Source: Nemertoderma westbladi (lineage: Eukaryota > Animalia > Xenacoelomorpha). Taken from it: a stretch of DNA of 64,000 nucleotides. The notes beneath the pieces are model-generated. The model was not told the DNA's origin. It ran no database searches and saw only the letters and a list, made by a program, of their open reading frames with translations. Every line of letters starts with the position of its first letter. Position 1 is the stretch's first letter. Location of the stretch: NCBI GenBank assembly GCA_032718475.1, contig JAUCBJ010007063.1, positions 13,569 through 77,568 of the forward strand, given 5' to 3'. Shown in pieces: positions 44,701 through 55,700 of the stretch. Made by a program: the position numbers and the translations under genes.

Positions 44701-46363
44701 TATCGCAATTAAATATGCGATAACAAAGTGTCGCATTTACTTGGCCGGTCTGCCGACATTTTCCGTGGTCACGGACCACCGGCCACTATTAGCGATTTTT
44801 AACTCTTATAACCTGGACCAGGTTGAAAATAAAAAAATACAGAAACTGAAAGCAGACTTACAGTCAACCTACCAGTTCACCCTTGCCTGGCAGAAGGGCA
44901 AGCGCCACCGGATTGCTGACGCACTCAGCCGGGCACCCCTTGATCCCGCACCGGGTGACCCAGACGAAGAGACGCCTTTACTCATAGCGGCGATTTCGGA
45001 GACACTCTGTTTCGAAGAACAGGACTGTCCCACGGCGGCCAAAGATATACACGCCAATCCACCCGCGCCGGACTCGCGCGATGAACTCATCGAGGAGTTG
45101 CGACTCGCCGCGCGAATAGACCCGGACTACAAAAAACTCGTGGAGTGTGTGAGAGCAGGAGACCTCACCACCCTTACGTCGATATCCGCGCTAACCCCGT
45201 ACCGATCCATCATCGACCAGTTATCCATTTATTTCGACTTGGTTTTATACGGTGACAGGCTGGTCGTACCAGCCGCCTGCCGCGATGACACCCTTCGTCG
45301 CCTACACGCACCCCACTTGGGCGTCACTCGGACTAAACAACGGGCGCGCAGCACAGTATACTGGCCGGGTATTAACGGCGACATCGAGCGAGTTGTTGAA
45401 CAGTGCGATGCGTGCCAGGGTCTACTCCCCAGTCTACCTAAAGAGACCCTGATGGCAGACCCCATCCCTACGCGTCCATTCGAATCCGCATCCTCAGATT
45501 TATTTACCCTAGCAGGTAAACATTTCCTCGTATACGCGGACAGGTTATCCGGTTACCCACTAGTAACCGAATGGCGTAACGATCCGTCGGCACAGCAGTG
45601 TGTTAACGCACTACGGCAATATTTCGTGGACCTTGGAGTCCCAAACATCTTACGCACGGATGGTGGCCCACAATACGCCGCCGAGGTATCCCAGAAATTC
45701 CTTAAAGAATGGGGTGTACGCTGGGAGCCAAGCACCCCACATTTCCCAAGCAGTAATGGCCATGCGGAGGCCAGTGTAAAACAAATAAAAATGCTGCTGA
45801 GAAAGGTGCGGATCCCAGACGTGCGCTCCGAGGAGTTTCAGCGAGGGCTACTCGAGCTCCGGAACACGCCTCGTTCTAACGGGCGATCCCCAAACGAGAC
45901 CGTTTTCGGACGTCGCTTGCGGGCTACACTCCCCGCTCACCACTCCCACTACAAACAGCAGTGGCAGTCAGCAGCAGATGCTGCAGACCAACGCGCAGCG
46001 ACCCAGCGTAGCACCGCCATAGCGCGTTACAACCACACCGCACATGATCTCCCACCTATCAAAGTTGGGGAGGCTGTACGAGTACAAGACTCCAAATCAA
46101 AGCAATGGACCCATATAGGCGTCGTTGTTGAGACTGGCCGACGACGTGATTACAGAGTGAAGCTAGAATCGGGCCGAACCTGGTGGCGAAACCGCCGTTT
46201 CCTACGCCACCACCATTCCCAACCGCCAGGAGGCGCTCCCGAACCGCCTGCGGCGACGAAACCTAAGGTCGAACCTAAACCGGCTACCCGCGCTGCTTAC
46301 CCCATGCGTCCGAGCACACTAGCCCAGCGCAGGGTGCACTGGGACCTTCCCGATCGAAACTGA
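41711..46363 (+). CDS. Gypsy Gag-Pol polyprotein, single uninterrupted ORF (~1550 aa)
   Basis: First ATG at 41711 (the track starts at TTG 41699). Knuckles CMKC..H..C and CNACGRKGHLGRFC. Protease ADTGAQ. RT LDAKSGYWQV, TTFITPWGRY, IVDD. RNase H TDAS, YATIELE, TDHRPL, ADALSR. Integrase HxxHLG..YWPG..CDAC, SDLF, TDGGPQY, SNGHAE. Confidence 0.96.
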   Translation: MATVGGKPNLDDTTELEEDDVATMDRASLLRHCENVNIHANPKDSTVSLRRKLLRYIEGDNTDTPAAPTQGTTDLVQLLERLEIQRRADDEEREERRCEEREEFIRLFNHNPAAPTQGTGGRTQHNAPIVKLQVRTPDKLERNIKLATFQHWRTAWQNYQTITRLMDKPREEQVATFFAYCNTELLTDLHHLMGIPADTDLDVEAILDRIQEHIRAQHNILVDRYQLLKNRQSERQTFNEYWVKLQEAFDDAQINEMTQEEWKLTLLVCGLTDEKTREEVFAKKPRLDLAGTVEFCQAREVAAKETQRLQRSVQAVSRDEQPPQRNRPQHHAKSRYQRYKSGGSQDRRRSATATGTRRGSSVTREDYSRARDMEKESGRCMKCGDKLPHSGVCKAVDINCNACGRKGHLGRFCLAKTTTKPSKNSGAINIGRLIADIEQHCEDRRRPLIPVDFYLPPRSTGGTRYYLTNLACVADTGAQVTLASTEIQEEWDFPTGAVYRDPDYQLTGANGDIIQCDGCIDLQLVTGGRTYTECIYLCPDLKYNTIFLSLNACIGLNIVHPDFPIPLHQVASIDGEARLRVSREINTLQDDNIEDVATSHQTSAVETYHSREKESIIQEYHDVFDCKGPLKIMVGPPMKIELKDGATPFCLNAPRAIPIPYREKAKLEIEEMLKKGIIERIGDRPVAWSHPIVVCGKPGRPGDIRMTVDLTKLNSQVKRTIHTAPPPHNLVFDRSPGAKIFSVLDAKSGYWQVALDEESRDFTTFITPWGRYRYCRAPMGFISSGDSYNYRGDLALNGLDRVKKIVDDVLVEDTDIDTHRTHIREVLNRCRDNGITLNPNKFQYAQSSVRFAGYILSGEGVAADPNKVRAIGEYPTPQNITDLRSFMGLVNQLGYFSSGISTTASPLRDLLRARNTFIWTPNHEDAFNATKAALVSPPILAPFDASLTTRLETDASRLHGLGYDLLQQHGEDWRLVACGSRFLTDPESRYATIELECIAIKYAITKCRIYLAGLPTFSVVTDHRPLLAIFNSYNLDQVENKKIQKLKADLQSTYQFTLAWQKGKRHRIADALSRAPLDPAPGDPDEETPLLIAAISETLCFEEQDCPTAAKDIHANPPAPDSRDELIEELRLAARIDPDYKKLVECVRAGDLTTLTSISALTPYRSIIDQLSIYFDLVLYGDRLVVPAACRDDTLRRLHAPHLGVTRTKQRARSTVYWPGINGDIERVVEQCDACQGLLPSLPKETLMADPIPTRPFESASSDLFTLAGKHFLVYADRLSGYPLVTEWRNDPSAQQCVNALRQYFVDLGVPNILRTDGGPQYAAEVSQKFLKEWGVRWEPSTPHFPSSNGHAEASVKQIKMLLRKVRIPDVRSEEFQRGLLELRNTPRSNGRSPNETVFGRRLRATLPAHHSHYKQQWQSAADAADQRAATQRSTAIARYNHTAHDLPPIKVGEAVRVQDSKSKQWTHIGVVVETGRRRDYRVKLESGRTWWRNRRFLRHHHSQPPGGAPEPPAATKPKVEPKPATRAAYPMRPSTLAQRRVHWDLPDRN

Positions 46364-46379
46364 AAGTAATTTCGATCGC

Positions 46380-46393
46380 AGAGGAAAGGGGGA
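46380..46393 (+). other. Polypurine tract of the Gypsy element
   Basis: AGAGGAAAGGGGGA immediately precedes the 3' LTR. Confidence 0.9.
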
Positions 46394-46725
46394 TGGAGTA
46401 TCCCGGACATTATCTACCACCATTACTTATTATATTATAATTGGTGTTAATCGGTGTATTGGTGCTGGGTTGTTATTTTATATGAGATAACCTACGCGTA
46501 GCTACTATAACAATCTACGTGTAGCTGCTAGAATACATATATAGGGTACTGACTCTGGTACATTCAAACTTTGCTGCATTGTGCAGTTGTGCCCTATACA
46601 GCCATAACAGTACTGCAGTATACAGCTGCAGTACCGGTATGCTTTACCAATATTACTTTATTACAATCTACACACTGGCGTTCTTTTTACTCTTAATATT
46701 ATTATGTAAAGTTAAGAACGATACA
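46394..46725 (+). repeat. 3' LTR of the Gypsy element (332 bp)
   Basis: Direct repeat of 41260-41591. Confidence 0.97.
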
Positions 46726-49700
46726 GTATAGATCGGTGGAGAGACGCTCATACCTGGTAAAGTATGTGGGTATAGATCGGTGGAGAGACGCTCATACCTG
46801 GTTCTGTATGAGGGTATAGATCGGTGGAGAGACGCTCATACCTGGTAAAGTATGTGGGTATAGATCGGTGGAGAGACGCTCATACCTGGTTCTGTATGAG
46901 GGTATAGATCGGTGGAGAGACACTCATACCTGGTTCTGTATGATGGTATAGATCGGTGGAGAGACGCTCATACCTGGTAAAGTATGTGGGTATAGATCGG
47001 TGGAGAGACGCTCATACCTGGTTCTGTATGAGGGTATAGATCGGTGGAGAGACACTCATACCTGGTTCTGTATGATGGTATAGATCGGTGGAGAGACGTT
47101 CATACCTGGTAAAGTATGAGGGTATAGATCGGCGGAGAGACGCTCATACCTGGTTCTGTATGAGGGTATAGATCGGTGGAGAGACGCTCATACCTGGTAA
47201 AGTATGTGGGTATAGATCGGTGGAGAGACGCTCATACCTGGTTCTGTATGAGGGTATAGATCGGTGGAGAGACACTCATACCTGGTTCTGTATGATGGTA
47301 TAGATCGGTGGAGAGACGCTCATACCTGGTAAAGTATGTGGGTATAGATTGGTGGAGAGACGCTCATACCTGGTTCTGTATGAGGGTATAGATCGGTGGA
47401 GAGACGCTCATACCTGGTAAAGTATGAGGGTATAGATCGGTGGAGAGACGCTCATACCTGGTTCTGTATGAGGGTATAGATCGGTGGAGAGACGCTCATA
47501 CCTGGTTCTGTATGAGGGTATAGATCGGTGGAGAGACACTCATACCTGGTTCTGTATGAGGGTATAGATCGGTGGAGAGACGCTCATACCTGGTAAAGTA
47601 TGAGGGTATAGATCGGTGGAGAGACGCTCATACTTGGTAAAGTATGATGGTATAGATCGGTGGAGAGACGCTCATACCTGGTAAAGTATGTGGGTATAGA
47701 TCGGTGGAGAGACGCTCATACCTGGTTCTGTATGAGGGTATAGATCGGTGGAGAGACACTCATACCTGGTTCTGTATGATGGTATAGATTGGTGGAGAGA
47801 CGCTCATACCTGGTTCTGTATGAGGGTATAGATCGGTGGAGAGACGCTCATACTTGGTAAAGTATGATGGTATAGATCGGTGGAGAGACGCTCATAGCTG
47901 GTAAAGTATGAGGGTATAGATCGGTGGAGAGACGCTCATACCTGGTTCTGTATGAGGGTATAGATCGGTGGAGAGACGCTCATACCTGGTAAAGTATGAG
48001 GGTATAGATCGGTGGAGAGACGCTCATAGCTGGTAAAGTATGTGGGTATAGATCGGTGGAGAGACGCTCATACCTGGTTCTGTATGAGGGTATAGATCGG
48101 TGGAGAGACGCCCATACCTGGTAAAGTATGATGGTATAGATCGGTGGAGAGACGCTCATAGCTGGTAAAGTATGTGGGTATAGATCGGTGGAGAGACGCT
48201 CATACCTGGTTCTGTATGATGGTATAGATTGGTGGAGAGACGCTCATACCTGGTTCTGTATGAGGGTATAGATCGGTGGAGAGACGCTCATACTTGGTAA
48301 AGTATGATGGTATAGATCGGTGGAGAGACGCTCATAGCTGGTAAAGTATGTGGGTATAGATCGGTGGAGAGACGCTCATACCTGCTTCTGTATGATGGTA
48401 TAGATCGGTGGAGAGATGCTCATACCTGGTAAAGTATGAGGGTATAGATCGGTGGAGAGACGCTCATAGCTGGTTCTGTATGAGGGTATAGATCGGTGGA
48501 GAGACACTCATACCTGGTTCTGTATGATGGTATAGATCGGTGGAGAGACGCTCATACCTGGTAAAGTATGAGGGTATAGATCGGTGGAGAGACGCTCATA
48601 GCTGGTAAAGTATGAGGGTATAGATCGGTGGAGAGACACTCATACCTGGTTCTGTATGAGGGTATAGATTGGTGGAGAGACGCTCATACCTGGTAAAGTA
48701 TGAGGGTATAGATTGGTGGAGAGACGCTCATAGCTGGTAAAGTATGAGGGTATAGATCGGTGGAGAGACACTCATAGCTGGTTCTGTATGAGGGTATAGA
48801 TCGGTGGAGAGACACTCATACCTGGTTCTGTATGAGGGTATAGATTGGTGGAGAGACGCTCATACCTGGTTCTGTATGAGGGTATAGATCGGTGGAGAGA
48901 CGCTCATAGCTGGTAAAGTATGTGGGTATAGATCGGTGGAGAGACGCTCATACCTGGTTCTGTATGAGGGTATAGATCGGTGGAGAGACACTCATACCTG
49001 GTTCTGTATGATGGTATAGATCGGTGGAGAGACGTTCATACCTGGTAAAGTATGAGGGTATAGATCGGCGGAGAGACGCCCATACCTGGTTCTGTATGAG
49101 GGTATAGATCGGTGGAGAGACGCTCATACCTGGTAAAGTATGTGGGTATAGATCGGTGGAGAGACGCTCATACCTGGTTCTGTATGAGGGTATAGATCGG
49201 TGGAGAGACACTCATACCTGGTTCTGTATGATGGTATAGATCGGTGGAGAGACGCTCATACCTGGTAAAGTATGAGGGTATAGATTGGTGGAGAGACGCT
49301 CATACCTGGTTCTGTATGAGGGTATAGATCGGTGGAGAGACGCTCATACCTGGTAAAGTATGAGGGTATAGATCGGTGGAGAGACGCTCATACCTGGTAA
49401 AGTATGAGGGTATAGATCGGTGGAGAGACGCTCTTACTTGGTAAAGTATGATGGTATAGATCGGTGGAGAGACGCTCATACCTGGTAAAGTATGTGGGTA
49501 TAGATCGGTGGAGAGACGCTCATACCTGGTTCTGTATGAGGGTATAGATCGGTGGAGAGACACTCATACCTGGTTCTGTATGATGGTATAGATTGGTGGA
49601 GAGACGCTCATACCTGGTTCTGTATGAGGGTATAGATCGGTGGAGAGACGCTCATACTTGGTAAAGTATGATGGTATAGATCGGTGGAGAGACGCTCATA

Positions 49701-52700
49701 GCTGGTAAAGTATGAGGGTATAGATCGGTGGAGAGACGCTCATACCTGGTAAAGTATGAGGGTATAGATCGGTGGAGAGACGCTCATACCTGGTAAAGTA
49801 TGAGGGTATAGATCGGTGGAGAGACGCTCATAGCTGGTAAAGTATGTGGGTATAGATCGGTGGAGAGACGCTCATACCTGGTTCTGTATGAGGGTATAGA
49901 TCGGTGGAGAGACGCTCATACCTGGTAAAGTATGTGGGTATAGATCGGTGGAGAGACGCTCATACCTGGTTCTGTATGAGGGTATAGATCGGTGGAGAGA
50001 CACTCATACCTGGTTCTGTATGATGGTATAGATCGGTGGAGAGACGCTCATACCTGGTAAAGTATGAGGGTATAGATTGGTGGAGAGACGCTCATACCTG
50101 GTTCTGTATGAGGGTATAGATCGGTGGAGAGACGCTCATACCTGGTAAAGTATGAGGGTATAGATCGGTGGAGAGACGCTCATACCTGGTTCTGTATGAG
50201 GGTATAGATCGGTGGAGAGACGCTCATACCTGGTTCTGTATGAGGGTATAGATCGGTTGAGAGACACTCATACCTGGTTCTGTATGATGGTATAGATTGG
50301 TGGAGAGACGCTCATACCTGATTCTGTATGAGGGTATAGATCGGTGGAGAGACGCTCATACTTGGTAAAGTATGATGGTATAGATCGGTGGAGAGACGCT
50401 CATACCTGGTTCTGTATGAGGGTATAGATCGGTGGAGAGACACTCATACCTGGTTCTGTATGATGGTATAGATCGGTGGAGAGACGCTCATAGCTGGTAA
50501 AGTATGAGGGTATAGATCGGTGGAGAGACGCTCATACCTGGTTCTGTATGAGGGTATAGATCGGTGGAGAGACACTCATACCTGGTTCTGTATGATGGTA
50601 TAGATCGGTGGAGAGACGCTCATAGCTGGTAAAGTATGAGGGTATAGATCGGTGGAGAGACGCTCATACCTGGTAAAGTATGAGGGTATAGATCGGTGGA
50701 GAGACGCTCATACCTGGTTCTGTATGAGGGTATAGATCGGTGGAGAGATGCTCATACCTGGTAATGTATGAGGGTATAGATCGGTGGAGAGACGCTCATA
50801 GCTGGTAAAGTATGTGGGTATAGATCGGTGGAGAGACGCTCATACCTGGTTCTGTATGAGGGTATAGATCGGTGGAGAGACGCCCATACCTGGTAAAGTA
50901 TGATGGTATAGATCGGTGGAGAGACGCTCATAGCTGGTAAAGTATGTGGGTATAGATCGGTGGAGAGACGCTCATAGCTGGTAAAGTATGTGGGTATAGA
51001 TCGGTGGAGAGACGCTCATACCTGGTTCTGTATGATGGTATAGATCGGTGGAGAGACGCTCATACCTGGTAAAGTATGAGGGTATAGATCGGTGGAGAGA
51101 CGCTCATAGCTGGTAAAGTATGTGGGTATAGATCGGTGGAGAGATGCTCATACCTGGTTCTGTATGAGGGTATAGATCGGTGGAGAGACGCTCATACCTG
51201 GTAAAGTATGAGGGTATAGATCGGTGGAGAGACGCTCATAGCTGGTAAAGTATGTGGGTATAGATCGGTGGAGAGACGCTCATACCTGGTTCTGTATGAG
51301 GGTATAGATCGGTGGAGAGACGCTCATACTTGGTAAAGTATGATGTTATAGATCGGTGGAGAGACGCTCATAGCTGGTAAAGTATGAGGGTATAGATCGG
51401 TGGAGAGACGCTCATACCTGGTTCTGTATGAGGGTATAGATCGGTGGAGAGACGCTCATACCTGGTAAAGTATGAGGGTATAGATCGGTGGAGAGACGCT
51501 CATAGCTGGTAAAGTATGTGGGTATAGATCGGTGGAGAGACGCTCATACCTGGTTCTGTATGAGGGTATAGATCGGTGGAGAGACGCCCATACCTGGTAA
51601 AGTATGATGGTATAGATCGGTGGAGAGACGCTCATAGCTGGTAAAGTATGTGGGTATAGATCGGTGGAGAGACGCTCATAGCTGGTAAAGTATGTGGGTA
51701 TAGATCGGTGGAGAGACGCTCATACCTGGTTCTGTATGATGGTATAGATCGGTGGAGAGACGCTCATACCTGGTAAAGTATGAGGGTATAGATCGGTGGA
51801 GAGACGCTCATAGCTGGTAAAGTATGTGGGTATAGATCGGTGGAGAGACGCTCATAGCTGGTAAAGTATGTGGGTATATATCGGTGGAGAGACGCTCATA
51901 GCTGGTAAAGTATGTGGGTATAGATCGGTGGAGAGACGCTCATACCTGGTTCTGTATGAGGGTATAGATCGGTGGAGAGACACTCATACCTGGTAAAGTA
52001 TGAGGGTATAGATCGGTGGAGAGACGCTCATACGTGGTTCTGTATGAGGGTATAGATCGGTGGAGAGACGCTCATACCTGGTTCTGTATGAGGGTATAGA
52101 TCGGTGGAGAGACACTCATACCTGGTTCTGTATGAGGGTATAGATCGGTGGAGAGACGCTCATACCTGGTAAAGTATGAGGGTATAGATCGGTGGAGAGA
52201 CGCTCATACTTGGTAAAGTATGATGGTATAGATCGGTGGAGAGACGCTCATACCTGGTAAAGTATGTGGGTATAGATCGGTGGAGAGACGCTCATACCTG
52301 GTTCTGTATGAGGGTATAGATCGGTGGAGAGACACTCATACCTGGTTCTGTATGATGGTATAGATTGGTGGAGAGACGCTCATACCTGGTTCTGTATGAG
52401 GGTATAGATCGGTGGAGAGACACTCATACCTGGTTCTGTATGTGGGTATAGATCGGTGGAGAGACGCTCATACCTGGTAAAGTATGAGGGTATAGATCGG
52501 TGGAGAGACGCTCATACCTGGTAAAGTATGAGGGTATAGATCGGTGGAGAGACGCTCTTGCTTGGTAAAGTATGATGGTATAGATCGGTGGAGAGACGCT
52601 CATACCTGGTAAAGTATGTGGGTATAGATCGGTGGAGAGACGCTCATACCTGGTTCTGTATGAGGGTATAGATCGGTTGAGAGACACTCATACCTGGTTC

Positions 52701-55700
52701 TGTATGATGGTATAGATTGGTGGAGAGACGCTCATACCTGATTCTGTATGAGGGTATAGATCGGTGGAGAGACGCTCATACTTGGTAAAGTATGATGGTA
52801 TAGATCGGTGGAGAGACGCTCATACCTGGTTCTGTATGAGGGTATAGATCGGTGGAGAGACACTCATACCTGGTTCTGTATGATGGTATAGATCGGTGGA
52901 GAGACGCTCATAGCTGGTAAAGTATGAGGGTATAGATCGGTGGAGAGACGCTCATACCTGGTTCTGTATGAGGGTATAGATCGGTGGAGAGACACTCATA
53001 CCTGGTTCTGTATGATGGTATAGATCGGTGGAGAGACGCTCATAGCTGGTAAAGTATGAGGGTATAGATCGGTGGAGAGACGCTCATACCTGGTTCTGTA
53101 TGAGGGTATAGATCGGTGGAGAGAGGCTCATACCTGGTTCTGTATGAGGGTATAGATCGGTGGAGAGACGCTCATACCTGGTAAAGTGTGAGGGTATAGA
53201 TCGGTGGAGAGACGCTCATACCTGGTAAAGTATGTGGGTATAGATCGGTGGAGAGACGCTCATACCTGGTTCTGTATGAGGGTATAGATCGGTGGAGAGA
53301 CACTCATACCTGGTTCTGTATGATGGTATAGATCGGTGGAGAGACGCTCATACCTGGTAAAGTATGTGGGTATAGATTGGTGGAGAGACGCTCATACCTG
53401 GTTCTGTATGAGGGTATAGATCGGTGGAGAGACGCTCATACCTGGTAAAGTATGAGGGTATAGATCGGTGGAGAGACGCTCATACCTGGTTCTGTATGAG
53501 GGTATAGATCGGTGGAGAGACGCTCATACCTGGTTCTGTATGAGGGTATAGATCGGTGGAGAGACACTCATACCTGGTTCTGTATGAGGGTATAGATCGG
53601 TGGAGAGACGCTCATACCTGGTAAAGTATGAGGGTATAGATCGGTGGAGAGACGCTCATACTTGGTAAAGTATGATGGTATAGATCGGTGGAGAGACGCT
53701 CATACCTGGTAAAGTATGTGGGTATAGATCGGTGGAGAGACGCTCATACCTGGTTCTGTATGAGGGTATAGATCGGTGGAGAGACACTCATACCTGGTTC
53801 TGTATGATGGTATAGATTGGTGGAGAGACGCTCATACCTGGTTCTGTATGAGGGTATAGATCGGTGGAGAGACGCTCATACCTGGTAAAGTATGATGGTA
53901 TAGATCGGTGGAGAGACGCTCATACCTGGTAAAGTATGAGGGTATAGATCGGTGGAGAGACGCTCATACCTGGTTCTGTATGAGGGTATAGATCGGTGGA
54001 GAGACGCTCATACCTGGTAAAGTATGAGGGTATAGATCGGTGGAGAGACGCTCATAGCTGGTAAAGTATGTGGGTATAGATCGGTGGAGAGACGCTCATA
54101 CCTGGTTCTGTATGAGGGTATAGATCGGTGGAGAGACGCTCATACCTGGTTCTGTATGAGGGTATAGATCGGTGGAGAGACGCTCATACCTGGTAAAGTA
54201 TGAGGGTATAGATCGGTGGAGAGACGCTCATACCTGGTTCTGTATGAGGGTATAGATCGGTGGAGAGACGCTCATACCTGGTTCTGTATGAGGGTATAGA
54301 TCGGTGGAGAGACGCTCATACCTGGTTCTGTATGAGGGTATAGATCGGTGGAGAGACGCTCATACCTGGTTCTGTATGAGGGTATAGATCGGTGGAGAGA
54401 CGCTCATACCTGGTAAAGTATGAGGGTATAGATCGGTGGAGAGACGCTCATACCTGGTAAAGTATGAGGGTATAGATCGGTGGAGAGACGCTCATACCTG
54501 GTAAAGTATGAGGGTATAGATCGGTGGAGAGACGCTCATACCTGGTTCTGTATGAGGGTATAGATCGGTGGAGAGACGCTCATACCTGGTAAAGTATGAG
54601 GGTATAGATCGGTGGAGAGACGCTCATACCTGGTTCTGTATGAGGGTATAGATCGGTGGAGAGACGCTCATACCTGGTAAAGTATGAGGGTATAGATCGG
54701 TGGAGAGACGCTCATACCTGGTTCTGTATGAGGGTATAGATCGGTGGAGAGACGCTCATACCTGGTTCTGTATGAGGGTATAGATCGGTGGAGAGACGCT
54801 CATACCTGGTAAAGTATGAGGGTATAGATCGGTGGAGAGACGCTCATAGCTGGTAAAGTATGAGGGTATAGATCGGTGGAGAGACGCTCATAGCTGGTAA
54901 AGTATGAGGGTATAGATCGGTGGAGAGACGCTCATACCTGGTTCTGTATGAGGGTATAGATCGGTGGAGAGACGCTCATACCTGGTTCTGTATGAGGGTA
55001 TAGATCGGTGGAGAGACGCTCATACCTGGTTCTGTATGAGGGTATAGATCGGTGGAGAGACGCTCATAGCTGGTAAAGTATGAGGGTATAGATCGGTGGA
55101 GAGACGCTCATACCTGGTTCTGTATGAGGGTATAGATCGGTGGAGAGACGCTCATACCTGGTTCTGTATGAGGGTATAGATCGGTGGAGAGACGCTCATA
55201 CCTGGTAAAGTATGAGGGTATAGATCGGTGGAGAGACGCTCATACCTGGTAAAGTATGTGGGTATAGATCGGTGGAGAGACGCTCATACCTGGTTCTGTA
55301 TGAGGGTATAGATCGGTGGAGAGACACTCATACCTGGTAAAGTATGAGGGTATAGATCGGTGGAGAGACGCTCATACCTGGTTCTGTATGAGGGTATAGA
55401 TCGGTGGAGAGACGCTCATACCTGGTTCTGTATGAGGGTATAGATCGGTGGAGAGACGCTCATACCTGGTTCTGTATGAGGGTATAGATCGGTGGAGAGA
55501 CGCTCATACCTGGTTCTGTATGAGGGTATAGATCGGTGGAGAGACGCTCATACCTGGTTCTGTATGAGGGTATAGATCGGTGGAGAGACGCTCATACCTG
55601 GTAAAGTATGAGGGTATAGATCGGTGGAGAGACGCTCATACCTGGTTCTGTATGAGGGTATAGATCGGTGGAGAGACGCTCATACCTGGTTCTGTATGAG

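Larger units (their letters stand above)
41260..46725 (+). mobile_element. Full-length Ty3/Gypsy LTR retrotransposon (Mag-like), 5466 bp
   Basis: 332-bp TG...CA LTRs. TSD GTATA at 41255-41259 and 46726-46730. PBS, PPT and a single intact gag-pol ORF are present. Confidence 0.97.

Noticed and set aside
41715-45735. Many short ORFs overlapping the Gypsy polyprotein
   Set aside because: They are expected shadows in GC-rich coding DNA and show no motifs.
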